From assembly GCF_006345805.1 (NCBI RefSeq), contig NC_043000.1, positions 35,712,001-35,776,000 on the forward strand: 64,000 nt of DNA, in the 5' to 3' direction. The translations under genes were made by a program, and so were the position numbers. Source of the DNA: Octopus sinensis. Taxonomy: Eukaryota. Below are positions 54,801 to 63,594 of this stretch, in pieces. The notes beneath the pieces are model-generated. The model made no database searches, was not told the DNA's origin, and saw only the letters and a program-made list of their open reading frames with translations. Each line of letters opens with the position of its first letter. Within the stretch, counting starts at the first letter, position 1.

Positions 54801-57800
54801 ATGAGTGTGGCAGGCATGGTCTGAGTGAACAAACTTACTTTAAACATGTGCCTATAGATTATAGGAGGACAACTAAGAGAGAGCACTTGTGTCAGGGATC
54901 TGGGTAACCATAGGTTTTTGTAGGGTTTCCATAAGCGACCCTTGGAAGTCTCCCCTCTCTCAGGGAGTCATTCCTTGTTTGATGTTTTTCTTTATTGTTT
55001 TTCTTATTTTTTACATGCTCTTTTACATAATTCCACTGTACTGCCACCAAGGTTTTTGTCAATCTTTAGTAGTTAATAAAGAAAACATTCATTGTCATCA
55101 TTATCATCATCATCATTTGCTTTCCATGCTGGCATGGGTTGGACAGTTTGATTGAAACTGATAAGCTGGGGAGTTGCACCACGTTCTAATCTGGTTTGGC
55201 AGAGTTTTTATGGCTGGTTGTCCTTCTTAACACCAAACACTCCAAGAGTGCAGTGGGTGCTTTTTACGTGGCACCAGCATGGGTGCCAGTTACGTGACAC
55301 TGACATTGGCCACAATTCTGATTTTACTTGGCTTGGTCTAGTCTTCACAAGCACAGCACATTACCAAAGGTCTTGGCCACTATCACTGTTGTGGGTCCCA
55401 ACGTTCAGAGTGTGCTTTTTATGTGCCACCAGCATGGGTGCCTGTTTACATGACACCAGCATCTGCCATGACTATGGTTCAGCAACCACGACTACGGTTC
55501 ATCGGCTATGACTATGGTTTATTGGCCACGACTACAGTTCATCAGCCAAAACATTATTATTATTATTATTATTATAATTGAGTGAGAGAGCAGTGCATGC
55601 CAACAAAGTGACACTGGGGTAAAATATACGAAGCCCAGTATACCCATCATGACTACCCGTCTGATAAGGGTACACTAGGCACATGCATCACAAACATATG
55701 TGCGTGACATGGTGACCTTGTATCAAGATAAATAGCACATGACCTTGCAGGTGGGGCTCAGAATTTTCTTCTGGTCGAGTAACCCATCCCACTTAAAAGA
55801 TCCCTGAATAAGGATTGTTTAAGGATGTTGAACGAACCACCCATGCTCTCCCACTACTTCTGTTCATGATCAGAGATGCACGTATCGTCAGCTACTAAGG
55901 CTCAACTGGTTAAGGTCAAACAACTGACAGGCAAATCTGTGGTATTGAACAGAATATTTGCTGTAGTCCATCTTTTATACAAAGACAAAACAATGTACAT
56001 GATAACACTTCAAATCAGTTAAGATCAGAAGCTACAAGAGCCACTACCTGGTACAGCATCAGGGCATTTATTATTATTATTATTGTGGGGATCTGGTTGA
56101 ATTGTTGGAACACTGGACAAAATACTCTGCGGCATTTCGTCCATCTTTATGTTCTGAGTTCAAATTCCATTAAGGTTGGATTTGCCTTTCTCCCTTTTGG
56201 GGGTCAATAAAGAAATGTACCAGCTACGTACTGGGGTTGATGTATTTGACTTATCCCTCCTCCCTCTCCTTGTGCCAAAACTTGAAGTCCTTATTCACTT
56301 GGGTTGATGTAATTGACTATTCTGCTTCCCCCAAATTCCAGGCCTTGCTCTTACAGTAAAAAGGATTGTTAGGCAAAGGGAGCAGCAAAGCGTGTGTGTG
56401 TGTGGTTGACCATTGCAGCCAGTGTGCTTAGAGATGGTCAGCTTCAATACTGAAGATGATGGTTTGTAAGGAGTTCTGGAGGGATGCATCTGTTGAGGAA
56501 GGATTAACTGAAGAGTTTAGTGTGTAGTTTCTTGATTGAGGCACAGAATGGATGATGGATGAGAAGGTAGGAGCGTAACTGGTCTGAAGTTTGTATGGTA
56601 ATAATGGTATAAAGGCGGTGAGCTGGCAGAATCGTTAGCACGCCGGGCGAAATGCTTTGCGGTATTTCGTCTGCGTTACGTTGTGAGTTCAAATTCCGCC
56701 GAGGTCGACTTTGCTTTTCATCCTTTCGGGGTTGATAAATTAAGTACCAGTTACGCACTGGGGTCGATGTAATCGACTTAATACCTATGTCTGTCCTTGT
56801 TTGTCCCCTCTGTGTTTAGCCCCTTGTGGGTAATAAAGAAATAGGTAATAATGGTATAATTGAAGGAGAGAGTTGTGACCTGTAGGGATTGTATATTGTG
56901 GTGACCCCTGACCCCTGTTCTATGGTACGTTTCCACACACTCTCTCTTTTGTTTGATTTCAGTTGAAAGATTTAAAACGCCAGCTGCATACTGAAAGGAA
57001 AAGAGCTGAGAAATTACAAGAGAGGTTGCAGGAAATATTAACGGATCCTAAAAACAGACAAGGTAAGTTGAGTTCATTCGGGAAATTATATACTGTTTGT
57101 TATTGCATGGCGTGTGTGTGTGTGTGTGTGTGGAGGGTGTTAAGAAAAGAAAAGAACATATACAAGGGTGGGCTGAAAGTTTCATAGCTGTAAAGTTCAT
57201 GAGCTGACTATGAAGGAGTAGAGCATGACTCCTTCATAAATCATTTTATTAATAACTGCATCATTTCTTTTTGTTTGTCAGTAAGATGAGGCTTTCAGTG
57301 AGAGCTAGGAAGGGTTGATGAATGAATATGAAACTTCTCTATGAAGTGAAGTTTACATTTATTTGGTCCATTTGTGTGCTTCTGTCACAAGCATGTATTT
57401 AACACAGCTATGTCTATCTATTGATGTGGGAACAAATGTAAATAGAATTAGAAATAAAGAACAATTATATTAATGTGAGTTGACAGTTGTCTTTACTTTG
57501 AAATAACCTTCTTTTGTTGCAGGAGTTGATGACTTATTTAAGCCTGCTGATATTGGAGATAAAGCTGAGAGCAGGTAGGCATCCATCCATCTATTCATCC
57601 ATCCACCCACACACATGTACGTATGTATGTAAGTGATGGCTGTCATGTATGTATGTACGTGATGGCTCATAAATGAATATGACCATCACTGACAAATTCT
57701 CTCATTCCTAGACATCAACGACAATGGCTGTCAGCAGTTCCTCTGCTTATGCCACACCACTTCCATTCTCACCTCCAAATCCAAATAGTTGAGAAAAACA

Positions 57801-60800
57801 AGCAAGAACGGGAATCTCTGGCTTTGCAATGAGATGAGTGTCACTTTGGAATGTCCTTCTCTCAGAAATTTACTTCAAAGGAATCTTGGGGAATGATATT
57901 TCCAATGGCTTATCGGCTGCTGAGGCATTACATACTCTATTTCTATGTCACAGAAGAAGATATCGCAATGTAAACGAAGTTGCAGGTGTTATTTTGGAAT
58001 TTCCGTCTTTTAGAGAGATGCCTCTACAAAGACTCGGAGTCGCTTATCGCAGCTTCTGGATGGCCGTTGACCTCACTAAATTCATCGATCCTTTCATAGG
58101 CTTTGTTTTGTTTGTCCTGCAAGGTGTCCAACGTAACTCACCCTTGTCAGGGTTATTGGTTTACTTGCTGACGGCCTCCCCATGGGTCAGGTGGCACTGG
58201 GTTACATGTTTCCAGTAGCACTAAGAGCAGTAATGACAAAACGTACACCATAATCATTTAACATCTGTTTTCCATCCTGGTGTGGGTTGCACGCTCTGAC
58301 AGGAACTGGCAAACCGGAGAACAACACCAGGTTCCAATTGTCTGACATACCATGGTTTCTACAGCTGGATACCCTTCCTAATGCCAACCACTTTACAAAG
58401 GGTATCGGGTGCTTTTTATGTGGCATGCATGCTTATAATATCATCATCACCATTATCATTGTCGTCATCATCATAATAACCATTGCCACCACCGTCACCC
58501 TTTAATATACACGACATTTCTTTCTTCGTCAGCTCCGTTTCTTCATGGAGTGCTGGAGCCAGTGGAATCGGTAACAAAGACTCTCCACAGGTAAGTAAAC
58601 CTTTTTACAATTGTTTGGTTAATGTTGTAAAGACTGTTTCTTTAACTGAGTGAACTCAGTGTTGTTGTGTACTGTTTGGTGAATTTTGAGAAGTATGGAA
58701 GTTTTCAAGGACGCAGTGCAATGATAGCTAACAACTAGTACAGCTAGTTCATTTCATGCTTCAACAATTCTGAGCGTGAAAAAACCAGAAACCATTTCTG
58801 TGCCTCCACCAATTTAATTTTTATGTTTCGAAAAATATTTCAATACGTCAGCAGTTTTAAATTAACCAGTTGCAAATTGTTTGTAATTAAGTTAGTTTAA
58901 TTACCTTAAAATAATTGATATTTATTTCTTTGGGTTTCAAAAATGGAAAAAAATCAAAAAAATTCTCAAAACCCGGCTTTTCTGCTAAGTATTGATCAAT
59001 CATTAATTCTTTGGAAAACAACTATTTTTTTTTTCATCTTTTATTTGTTTCCGTCACTAGACTGTGGCCATGCTGGGGCACCACCATGAAGACGTTTTTT
59101 TTTTTTTTTTTTTCTCCAATCCGTTTACTTATTCTATCAGTCTCCTTTGCTGAACTGCTAAGTTACAGGGACATAAACACTCCGACACAGGTTCTCAAGC
59201 AGTGGTGGTGGTGGTGGTGGTGGAGGGACAAACACAGATACAAAGACAGACACGCATGCGCATCATACACACACACTCACGTGCACACACACACGACAGG
59301 CTTCTTTCAGTTTCCGTCTACCAGATCCACTCACAAGGTTTCGGTCAGCCCAAACCTATAGTAGAGGACACTTGCCCAAAGTGCCATGCAGTGGAACTGA
59401 ACCCAGAACCATGTGGTTGGGAAGCAAGCTTCTTACCACACAGCCATGTTTATCACACACTTATGTTTATTTTCGTTCTGTTTTGGTCAAAAACTTATTT
59501 TTTCTTTTTTGTGTTTTGCAATATATTAATTCCACATGTTAATTACAATTTGAAGACTAATTTTTCCCTAGTATTACTAAATACAATTAAAACACCAGCT
59601 CGTTACGCACACTCATAAGTAAGTAATTTAACTGCCTCGTTGAAAGCCAGTTCAAAGCAAACTTAATTATTTAAACAATTATACACTTAAAAACAAAAGT
59701 AAATAACACCCAAAAGCGATAAATTTTTATTAAATTGCATTTGTAATCGCAATATATTTTAACCAATCTCTGGTTTAAAAACTAGAAGTGATTAATGAGT
59801 GAGGACGGGATTTTTTTAATGTATGAGAGAGGGAGAGAAGAAAAGAGGAAGAGAGGGAGAGAGAGAAAGAGGGAGAGAAAGAGAAAGAGAGAAGGAAAGA
59901 GAGAGAAAGAAAGAGAGAGAAAAAAGGAGAGAGGAAGAGAGAGGGAGAGAGAAAGCAAGAGGGAGAGAGAAAGAGAGAAGGATAGAGAGAGAGGGAGAGA
60001 GAAGGATAGAGAGAGAGGAAGAGAGAGGGAGAGAGGAAGGTGTTAAGAGTTTCGTAAAACTTAATGGAATAGAATGATGTGTTTTGTCTAAAATACTTTT
60101 GTTGTTATTTTCTAGATTATTATTATTATTATTGTTGTTGTTGTTGTTATTGATTTTCATTATGAAATTTATTTTAATGATTTAGTCTTTTAATAATAAA
60201 CTAGTATCGCAGCATTTTCTACTTTTTCATTTGATGCAATTTGTTTGTTTGTTTGTGCTGTTGTTGTTGTTGTTGTTGTTGTTGTCGTTAATTATAAGCT
60301 TGATTACTTCTGCTGCAATGGTCTGTTGTCAATGCTGGTTGTTGATGTGAAAAATTTAAAATGTTGAATTCTCTATGACCATTACCAGTCATTAACTAAC
60401 ATCCCAACCACCACCACCATTACCAGTAGCAGCAGTGCTGTCCCCATTGTTATTATTTTCCATTACCACCACCACCACCACCACCACCACAACTATTACC
60501 ACCATCCCTACCGCCATCACCACCACCACCACAAGTATTACCACCATCACCACCACCACCACCACCACCACCACCACCACCACCACCACCACAACTATTA
60601 CCACCATCCCTACCGCCATCACCACCACCACTACAAGTATTACCACCATCACCACCACCACCACAACTATTACCACCATCACCACCGCCACCACCACCAC
60701 CACCACCACCACCACAACTATTACCACCATCCCCCCTGCCATCACCACCGCCACCACTACCACAAGTATTACCACTATCACCACCACCACCACCACCACA

Positions 60801-61059
60801 ACTATTACCACCATCCCCCCTGCCATCACCACCGCCACCACTACCACAACCACCACCACCGCCACCACCACCACCACCAGCTCGACATCATTAACCTAAG
60901 ATGACCCGACACATTGCTCTTGGTGTTTATGTTGAAACGTTACTCTTTCAGTCTCCAAACCGAACTGGAACCCCTCCGAGTGATTTCGAGTCTGAACACG
61001 ATGAATTGGTTAACCGTCTGGCTGCATCACAGCAACAGAAATGGACTTTAGAGGAAAAG
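6082..61059 (+). CDS. GRIPAP1: GRIP1-associated protein 1 (GRASP-1) homologue, coiled-coil endosomal protein; partial, 23 coding exons in window
   Basis: 23 AG/GT-bounded exons splice into one uninterrupted frame with consistent phases. Peptides [107 protein letters not shown] and [15 protein letters not shown] match my recollection of vertebrate GRIPAP1 in colinear order. Confidence 0.93.
6670..6780 (+). mobile_element. mariner transposase C-terminal remnant
   Basis: [30 protein letters not shown] resembles mariner C-terminus. Confidence 0.55.
6942..6968 (+). CDS. GRIPAP1: GRIPAP1 27-nt microexon: VINKSKKAK
   Basis: long pyrimidine tract + tttcag acceptor, gtaatt donor, phase 0-0. Confidence 0.88.
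8583..8630 (-). ncRNA. minimal type I hammerhead ribozyme motif (Penelope/retrozyme type)
   Basis: minus strand GTCT-CTGATGA-agGGATAT ataaa ATATCC aa-GAAA-CAGCTG-TA-AGAC: intact core, helix I and II, palindromic helix III. Confidence 0.82.
8697..8740 (+). ncRNA. disabled hammerhead copy, inverted relative to 8583-8630
   Basis: GTCT-CCAATGA (mutated core)-stem II-GAAA-CAGCTG-TA; homology ends at the predicted cleavage triplet. Confidence 0.7.
9312..9363 (+). ncRNA. minimal type I hammerhead ribozyme motif (same family as 8583-8630)
   Basis: GTCT-CTGATGA-aGGGATAT aattaatta ATATCCTa-GAAA-CAGCTG-TA-AGAC. Confidence 0.85.
9622..10392 (+). repeat. near-identical tandem duplication (about 374 bp) of a SINE A 3' part bounded by (TA)n
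   Basis: copies start about 9643 and 10017; only visible non-microsatellite difference is ggaacctg vs ggacctg. Confidence 0.88.
11110..11558 (+). mobile_element. RTE tail with 66-bp tandem units
   Basis: taaaaagca at 11199, 11265, 11331; conserved tail and (GAT)n. Confidence 0.8.
12480..12711 (-). mobile_element. SINE family B, full length, 15-bp TSD
   Basis: TSD tgatgatgatatacc at 12465-12479 and 12712-12726. Confidence 0.88.
13147..13736. mobile_element. TTAA-flanked MITE containing a nested SINE B (13257-13483, minus strand, 10-bp TSD)
   Basis: ttaacccttttgatacc start, degenerate inverted end ggttaa; SINE TSD ttcaaatacc at 13247-13256 and 13484-13493. Confidence 0.75.
13998..14730 (+). 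mobile_element. 5'-truncated RTE LINE (ORF end + 3'UTR)
   Basis: [23 protein letters not shown] then tandem units, tail and (GAT)n. Confidence 0.75.
14745..15372 (+). mobile_element. 5'-truncated RTE-clade LINE (ORF end + 3'UTR)
   Basis: [48 protein letters not shown] is a typical RTE C-terminus, followed by the common tail. Confidence 0.82.
15766..15873 (+). CDS. GRIPAP1: GRIPAP1 exon: [36 protein letters not shown]
   Basis: ttttag acceptor, gtgagt donor, phase 0-0. Confidence 0.93.
16454..16616 (+). CDS. GRIPAP1: GRIPAP1 exon: [12 protein letters not shown]...[19 protein letters not shown]
   Basis: ttgcag acceptor, G/gtttct donor, phase 0-1. Confidence 0.9.
16710..16999 (-). mobile_element. 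R4/Dong-like retrotransposon 3' end between (TTA)n tracts
   Basis: [31 protein letters not shown]-terminal motif; TTA repeats on both sides. Confidence 0.7.
17215..17620 (+). mobile_element. composite of SINE B joined to a related SINE at the internal GGTATTT motif
   Basis: tail aaagaagta/ggtattttgtc continues directly into a second SINE body at 17449. Confidence 0.78.
17888..17971 (-). ncRNA. degenerate hammerhead-like motif with long helix II
   Basis: minus strand ATAGC-CTGAGGA-long stem (gcactggt/accagcac; tgtattaag/cttaataca)-GAAA-cacgta-TA-GCGAT. Confidence 0.55.
19315..19803. mobile_element. head-to-head inverted dimer of a tRNA-headed, hammerhead-bearing short retroelement with 12-bp TSD
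   Basis: palindrome centre gccat|atggc at 19534/19535; TSD acatcattgaaa at 19303-19314 and 19804-19815. Confidence 0.85.
19681..19726 (+). ncRNA. minimal hammerhead motif in tRNA-headed element
   Basis: GACAC-CTGATGA-aGGCTGG agggtata TCAGCT-GAAA-CG-TT-TTGTT; the inverted arm reads GTGTT here, restoring helix I. Confidence 0.68.
20095..20236 (+). CDS. GRIPAP1: GRIPAP1 exon: [22 protein letters not shown]...EDCSN
   Basis: ttgcag acceptor, gtaagt donor, phase 1-2. Confidence 0.87.
21078..21448 (+). mobile_element. SINE family A
   Basis: tRNA-like head, ccttgggcaagtgt, body and tail. Confidence 0.8.
21461..22290 (-). mobile_element. degenerate mariner (Tc1/mariner) transposase
   Basis: [26 protein letters not shown] catalytic motif and a WVPxxL-like segment (FTWWVSHL); frameshifted. 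Confidence 0.88.
22300..23893 (+). mobile_element. rearranged Helitron remnant (Pif1-like helicase fragments, 3' hairpin)
   Basis: + strand [36 protein letters not shown]; minus strand [22 protein letters not shown]; hairpin tacccggc-aat-gccgggta at 23864-23882 then CTAAG. Confidence 0.88.
23451..23795. repeat. 95-bp minisatellite (about 4 units, alternating types) in Helitron 3' region
   Basis: tctttg(c/t)tg anchors at 23451, 23546, 23641, 23736. Confidence 0.85.
24072..24106 (+). CDS. GRIPAP1: GRIPAP1 35-nt exon: [12 protein letters not shown]
   Basis: attcag acceptor, gtgagt donor, phase 2-1 bridges the flanking exons. Confidence 0.8.
24725..25290 (+). mobile_element. second copy of the RLE retrotransposon 3' fragment seen at 2410-3070
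   Basis: [21 protein letters not shown] and the same microsatellite-containing 3'UTR. Confidence 0.78.
25358..25429 (+). CDS. GRIPAP1: GRIPAP1 exon: [24 protein letters not shown]
   Basis: ttacag acceptor, gtaagt donor, phase 1-1. Confidence 0.8.
25916..26141 (+). mobile_element. SINE family B, 15-bp TSD
   Basis: TSD ggttataaactgaag at 25901-25915 and 26142-26156. Confidence 0.9.
26240..26310 (+). CDS. GRIPAP1: GRIPAP1 exon: [24 protein letters not shown]
   Basis: ttccag acceptor, gtaaga donor, phase 1-0. Confidence 0.88.
26433..26512 (+). CDS. GRIPAP1: GRIPAP1 exon: [26 protein letters not shown](S)
   Basis: ttatag acceptor, gtaaat donor, phase 0-2. Confidence 0.9.
27225..27541 (+). mobile_element. 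tRNA-derived SINE, third family (CORE-like)
   Basis: A-box-like tggcttagtag, B-box-like gttcaattcc, gtgtccttgagcaag motif. Confidence 0.72.
27594..27641 (+). CDS. GRIPAP1: GRIPAP1 exon: [16 protein letters not shown]
   Basis: ttacag acceptor, gtaagt donor, phase 2-2. Confidence 0.88.
   Translation, partial: LCSFTRRERNIFQGS
28671..28770 (+). CDS. GRIPAP1: GRIPAP1 exon: [34 protein letters not shown]
   Basis: ttgaag acceptor, gtttgt donor, phase 2-0. Confidence 0.86.
29571..29628 (+). ncRNA. minimal hammerhead-like motif
   Basis: CCC-CTGATGA-imperfect stem II-GAAA-TTGCAA (palindrome)-TA-GGG. Confidence 0.65.
31120..31468 (+). mobile_element. RTE LINE 3' tail
   Basis: same tandem units, tail and (GAT)n as 14745-15372. 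Confidence 0.8.
32060..32137 (+). CDS. GRIPAP1: GRIPAP1 exon: [26 protein letters not shown]
   Basis: tttaag acceptor, gtaaga donor, phase 0-0. Confidence 0.85.
33311..33480 (+). repeat. three degenerate 55-57 bp tandem units each containing the splice acceptor
   Basis: ctctagATCGATGC, atatagATTGATGTCACA, ctttagATCGATGCCACA. Confidence 0.8.
33463..33597 (+). CDS. GRIPAP1: GRIPAP1 exon: [45 protein letters not shown]
   Basis: ctttag acceptor, gtaacg donor, phase 0-0. Confidence 0.87.
35597..36945 (-). mobile_element. degenerate L1/Tx1-like LINE reverse transcriptase fragment
   Basis: [49 protein letters not shown] motifs with frameshifts. Confidence 0.9.
37126..37520. repeat. degenerate TG-rich simple repeat
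   Basis: about 400 bp of imperfect (TG)n/(TGTA)n. Confidence 0.9.
38570..39125. mobile_element. about 550-bp interspersed repeat embedded in (TTA)n; further copies 39155-39360 and 55578-56066
   Basis: shared start gtgagagagcagtgcatgccatcaa and end tcagggcatt, flanked by TTA repeats. Confidence 0.75.
40935..41600 (-). mobile_element. R4/Dong-like non-LTR fragment (zinc knuckle + RLE)
   Basis: [31 protein letters not shown]...[22 protein letters not shown]; abuts (TTA)n. Confidence 0.85.
42285..42380 (+). CDS. GRIPAP1: GRIPAP1 exon: [32 protein letters not shown]
   Basis: ttgcag acceptor, gtaaga donor, phase 0-0. Confidence 0.87.
42831..43235 (+). mobile_element. SINE family A, near full length
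   Basis: ggcgcaggagtggc head, ggttcagtccc, ccttgggcaagtgtctt, internal microsatellite, tail aagtaaaagaataaaaga; sits within (TA)n. Confidence 0.85.
44006..44152 (+). CDS. GRIPAP1: GRIPAP1 exon: [25 protein letters not shown]...LEDLLSQER
   Basis: ttccag acceptor, gtatgt donor, phase 0-0. Confidence 0.92.
44991..45142. mobile_element. TTAA-flanked MITE, internally deleted
   Basis: ttaaccctttcgatacc ... ggtaacaaaagggttaa. Confidence 0.8.
45287..45515. mobile_element. TTAA-flanked MITE
   Basis: ttaaccttttcgttac ... gtaacgaaaggttt; homologous to 62312-62525. Confidence 0.8.
45710..45823 (+). CDS. GRIPAP1: GRIPAP1 exon: [38 protein letters not shown]
   Basis: gcttag acceptor, gttggt donor, phase 0-0. 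Confidence 0.92.
46431..46982 (-). mobile_element. tandem trimer of SINE B bodies joined at the internal GGTATTTC motif
   Basis: junctions gaaatacc|tatttctttactaccc at 46564 and 46748. Confidence 0.85.
47946..48056 (+). CDS. GRIPAP1: GRIPAP1 exon: [37 protein letters not shown]
   Basis: ttttag acceptor, gtattg donor, phase 0-0. Confidence 0.88.
50100..50950 (-). mobile_element. LTR retrotransposon (Ty3/Gypsy-like) gag-protease remnant
   Basis: [22 protein letters not shown] (decayed zinc knuckle) followed in another frame by [13 protein letters not shown] (decayed aspartic protease motif). Confidence 0.6.
51162..51236 (+). CDS. GRIPAP1: GRIPAP1 exon: [25 protein letters not shown]
   Basis: (CT)n-gcag acceptor, gttagt donor, phase 0-0. 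Confidence 0.88.
51769..51825 (+). CDS. GRIPAP1: GRIPAP1 exon: [19 protein letters not shown]
   Basis: ttccag acceptor, gtaaat donor, phase 0-0. Confidence 0.92.
53635..53864 (+). mobile_element. SINE family B
   Basis: full body, 3' junction aaagaaata/ggtattg; ggtattg also at 53624. Confidence 0.85.
55465..55544. repeat. 20-bp x4 minisatellite
   Basis: gccatgactatggttcagca-type units. Confidence 0.8.
56613..56843 (+). mobile_element. SINE family B, full length, 16-bp TSD
   Basis: TSD ggtaataatggtataa at 56597-56612 and 56844-56859. Confidence 0.9.
56963..57062 (+). CDS. GRIPAP1: GRIPAP1 exon: [33 protein letters not shown]
   Basis: tttcag acceptor, gtaagt donor, phase 0-1; strongly recognisable motif. 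Confidence 0.94.
57523..57574 (+). CDS. GRIPAP1: GRIPAP1 exon: [17 protein letters not shown]
   Basis: ttgcag acceptor, gtaggc donor, phase 1-2. Confidence 0.85.
58533..58590 (+). CDS. GRIPAP1: GRIPAP1 exon: [20 protein letters not shown]
   Basis: cgtcag acceptor, gtaagt donor, phase 2-0. Confidence 0.87.
59824..60040. repeat. polypurine (AG-rich) tract
   Basis: about 215 bp of almost only A/G. Confidence 0.95.
60465..60880. repeat. complex (ACC)n minisatellite
   Basis: ACC arrays punctuated by recurring acaactatt, acaagtatt and atccctaccgcc units. Confidence 0.95.
60952..61059 (+). CDS. GRIPAP1: GRIPAP1 exon (last in window): [36 protein letters not shown]
   Basis: tttcag acceptor, gtgagt donor, phase 0-0. 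Confidence 0.92.
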
Positions 61060-62311
61060 GTGAGTGGAGGAAGTTGACCAAAGTCTTGATTTTTCACTCC
61101 AGCATCAAATCAAACATTTGAACCAGGTTTATGGAAATTGAATCTTTTATATAATATTTTTACATGCAGAAGATGTCCCTTGGTAGCCCCCTCCTTGTCT
61201 TCCACTCATTACTTTAACTCAAGGGTGGGGGAACCCCCGCCCAGGGAGCAACTGCGTCTGCAGGCCCATTTTATTGCACTTGCAGGCTGGTATACTCGTA
61301 TGTACAAAACTTAGTAAATTTTACGATTATAAAATTTATACAATATTCATATGTCTGTTTGTGTTTCCACTACGACTTAAAATGGTTAGGCTTGAACAGA
61401 AAATCTTCCAGTAATTGCCATTTGAATGGAAATTTTGTTTTCACTATAAAACACATATTGCTAGGTTATGCCACCCCCTTGAGACCCAACTACACTTTAG
61501 TTGAACAAAACAGAATGCCTCATAAGTAATATAAACGTCCTAAATTCAGTGGTAGTGTTAATGAAGATGTTACATGTTAATTTAATGTGTTAATCTTATC
61601 TTTATTAATGTATATCAAATTATACATAGATATATACAAGATTTACACAGATATAAGAGTTAGAACCTGTGATCTGCTCGTGGACCTTTTCCTTTGGAAA
61701 TTTTTGCCCACTGCACTAAAAAGTTTCCCCATCCCTGCTTTAACTCCTTGGTCCCCAAAGTCCTCTAGAAGGGGGTATCTAAGTGTGTAGCAGATTTTTA
61801 AGAATCTAATTTAATCATTATTTTGTGCCCATGTTCCATGTTGGCATGGATTGGTCAGTTTGATAGGATCCGACGGGTCTGAGAGGATTGCATTGTGCAT
61901 GGCTTCTGAGGCCAGGTGCTCCTCCTTATGCCAACCGTTTTACAAGGTGTACTGGGTGCTTTTATCATAGCACCAACACTAGTGAGGTTACCATGGAGTT
62001 TGCATGACTGAGGTCACCTTCAGCTGGGTGGAATGACAGTAGACATGTAGGGGGGCAACTTAATGCAAGGAGATGAGAGGTTAAAGTACGAGAGAAGGGC
62101 CCGGGAGAGAATAGGGACTTCTTGCTGTGGCAAAAAGAAGGTGAGGGTGATACAGGTGGGGCTGAGAAGATAATGAAAAATCTTGCTGAAGAAAATTCAT
62201 TTTAATGATTGAATGTCTTCAAAAAATGAATTCTGGATAATTTTGTTATACAGAAATAGGATTAATAAAAGCTGATAAACAATAAAGTTTTATATATTTT
62301 TTCCTGAAATT

Positions 62312-62525
62312 TTAACCTTTTCGTTACCAACCCTGCTGAAACTGTCTTTGGCTCTGAGTACAAATGTCTTGTTTTCATAAGTTTTGATTTAAAATTAGTC
62401 ACAATTTATGTTCATAACACTAGCTTAATGATAACAAAGTTATTTTACTAAATTTGTTGTTATATTTAAAGTAATTGAAAGAAACACAGAGTGTATCAAA
62501 GTAAATACAGCAACGAAAGGGTTAA
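62312..62525. mobile_element. TTAA-flanked MITE
   Basis: ttaaccttttcgtt ... aacgaaagggttaa. Confidence 0.82.
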
Positions 62526-63594
62526 ATGTAAAAATATTGTTATTTTTTTATTGATCATTTTGTAAATAAGTATTTTAGCTTTTCATGTTTTAAGTTGTTA
62601 CTGCCAGAATTTATCCACTAAAATGCTCTCCTCTCTCTCTCTTTATCTCATTCATTCATCATCATCATCATTTAATGTTTATTTTCCATGCTGGCATGGG
62701 TTGGATGGCTCGACTGAGGACTGGCAAGCCAATAGGCTGCACCAGGCTCCAATCTTATCTGGCAAGGTTTCTACAGCTGGATGCTCTTCTTAATGCCAAC
62801 CATTCTGGGTGTGCAGTGGGTGCCTTTTATGTGCCACCAGCACGGGAGCCAGTCAGGTGGCACTGGTATTGGCCACATCCAGATGGTGCTTTTTACATGC
62901 TACTGGTACAGGAGCCAGTCGAGGTGGATGGTGGGGGGAGGACTGGTATCGACCACGTTTGGATGGTGCTTTTTATGTGTCACCGGCATGGGGAGCCAGT
63001 CAGGCGGCACAACAAAGATGTACAGGTGTCAATTACTTATGGCTGTTTCTAATGAATCTTTTAATTGATTAATGAAAACATTACATCATCTGAAAGAAAC
63101 TGTTCCTGTCCTGATATTCAATATTATTGATGTTCAGTATCCAATTAATATTGTTTGGATGTGCAGATTATACCAACCTAGCAAGGGGCCTTAATTTAAG
63201 TACCTAATTCGACAGAATCTTAATTTATATTTTTATATATACATATGTATATATAATCTTCAATGGTGTCGGATGATGTGGTGTGGTGTGGTGTGGGTGC
63301 TGGGAAGTGGTCAGTTCTAGTGTGTGTGGAGTGGTGTGATGTGGTGTGGGGGGTGTTGTGGTGTGGGGATATGGGTAGGGGTAGGGGTGTGTGGGGTGGG
63401 TTATGGGTGGAGGGGGTAGGAGTGAAGAGAGGAAATAGGTGTCAGATGAAGAGGAGAGGAAGAGAGTCAGGTGAAGAGAGGAGGGGAGTTGAGCCCATGT
63501 GGCACAAAAGAGTGAAGAGAAGATTAATTCCTGTTCACAGTGAAGGTGGGAGTCCTGATGGCCTCTCTGTGAAGACAATCCGAACACACACACA

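Noticed and set aside
57838-58218. 126-aa non-repetitive ORF in an intron
   Set aside because: No recognisable motif, non-ATG start, flanking exons join without it; possibly a decayed transposon.
59795-60160. ER/RE-rich ORFs
   Set aside because: Translations of the AG microsatellite.
60392-60899. Thr-rich mucin-like and Val-rich ORFs
   Set aside because: Translations of the intronic (ACC)n array; no convincing splice sites.
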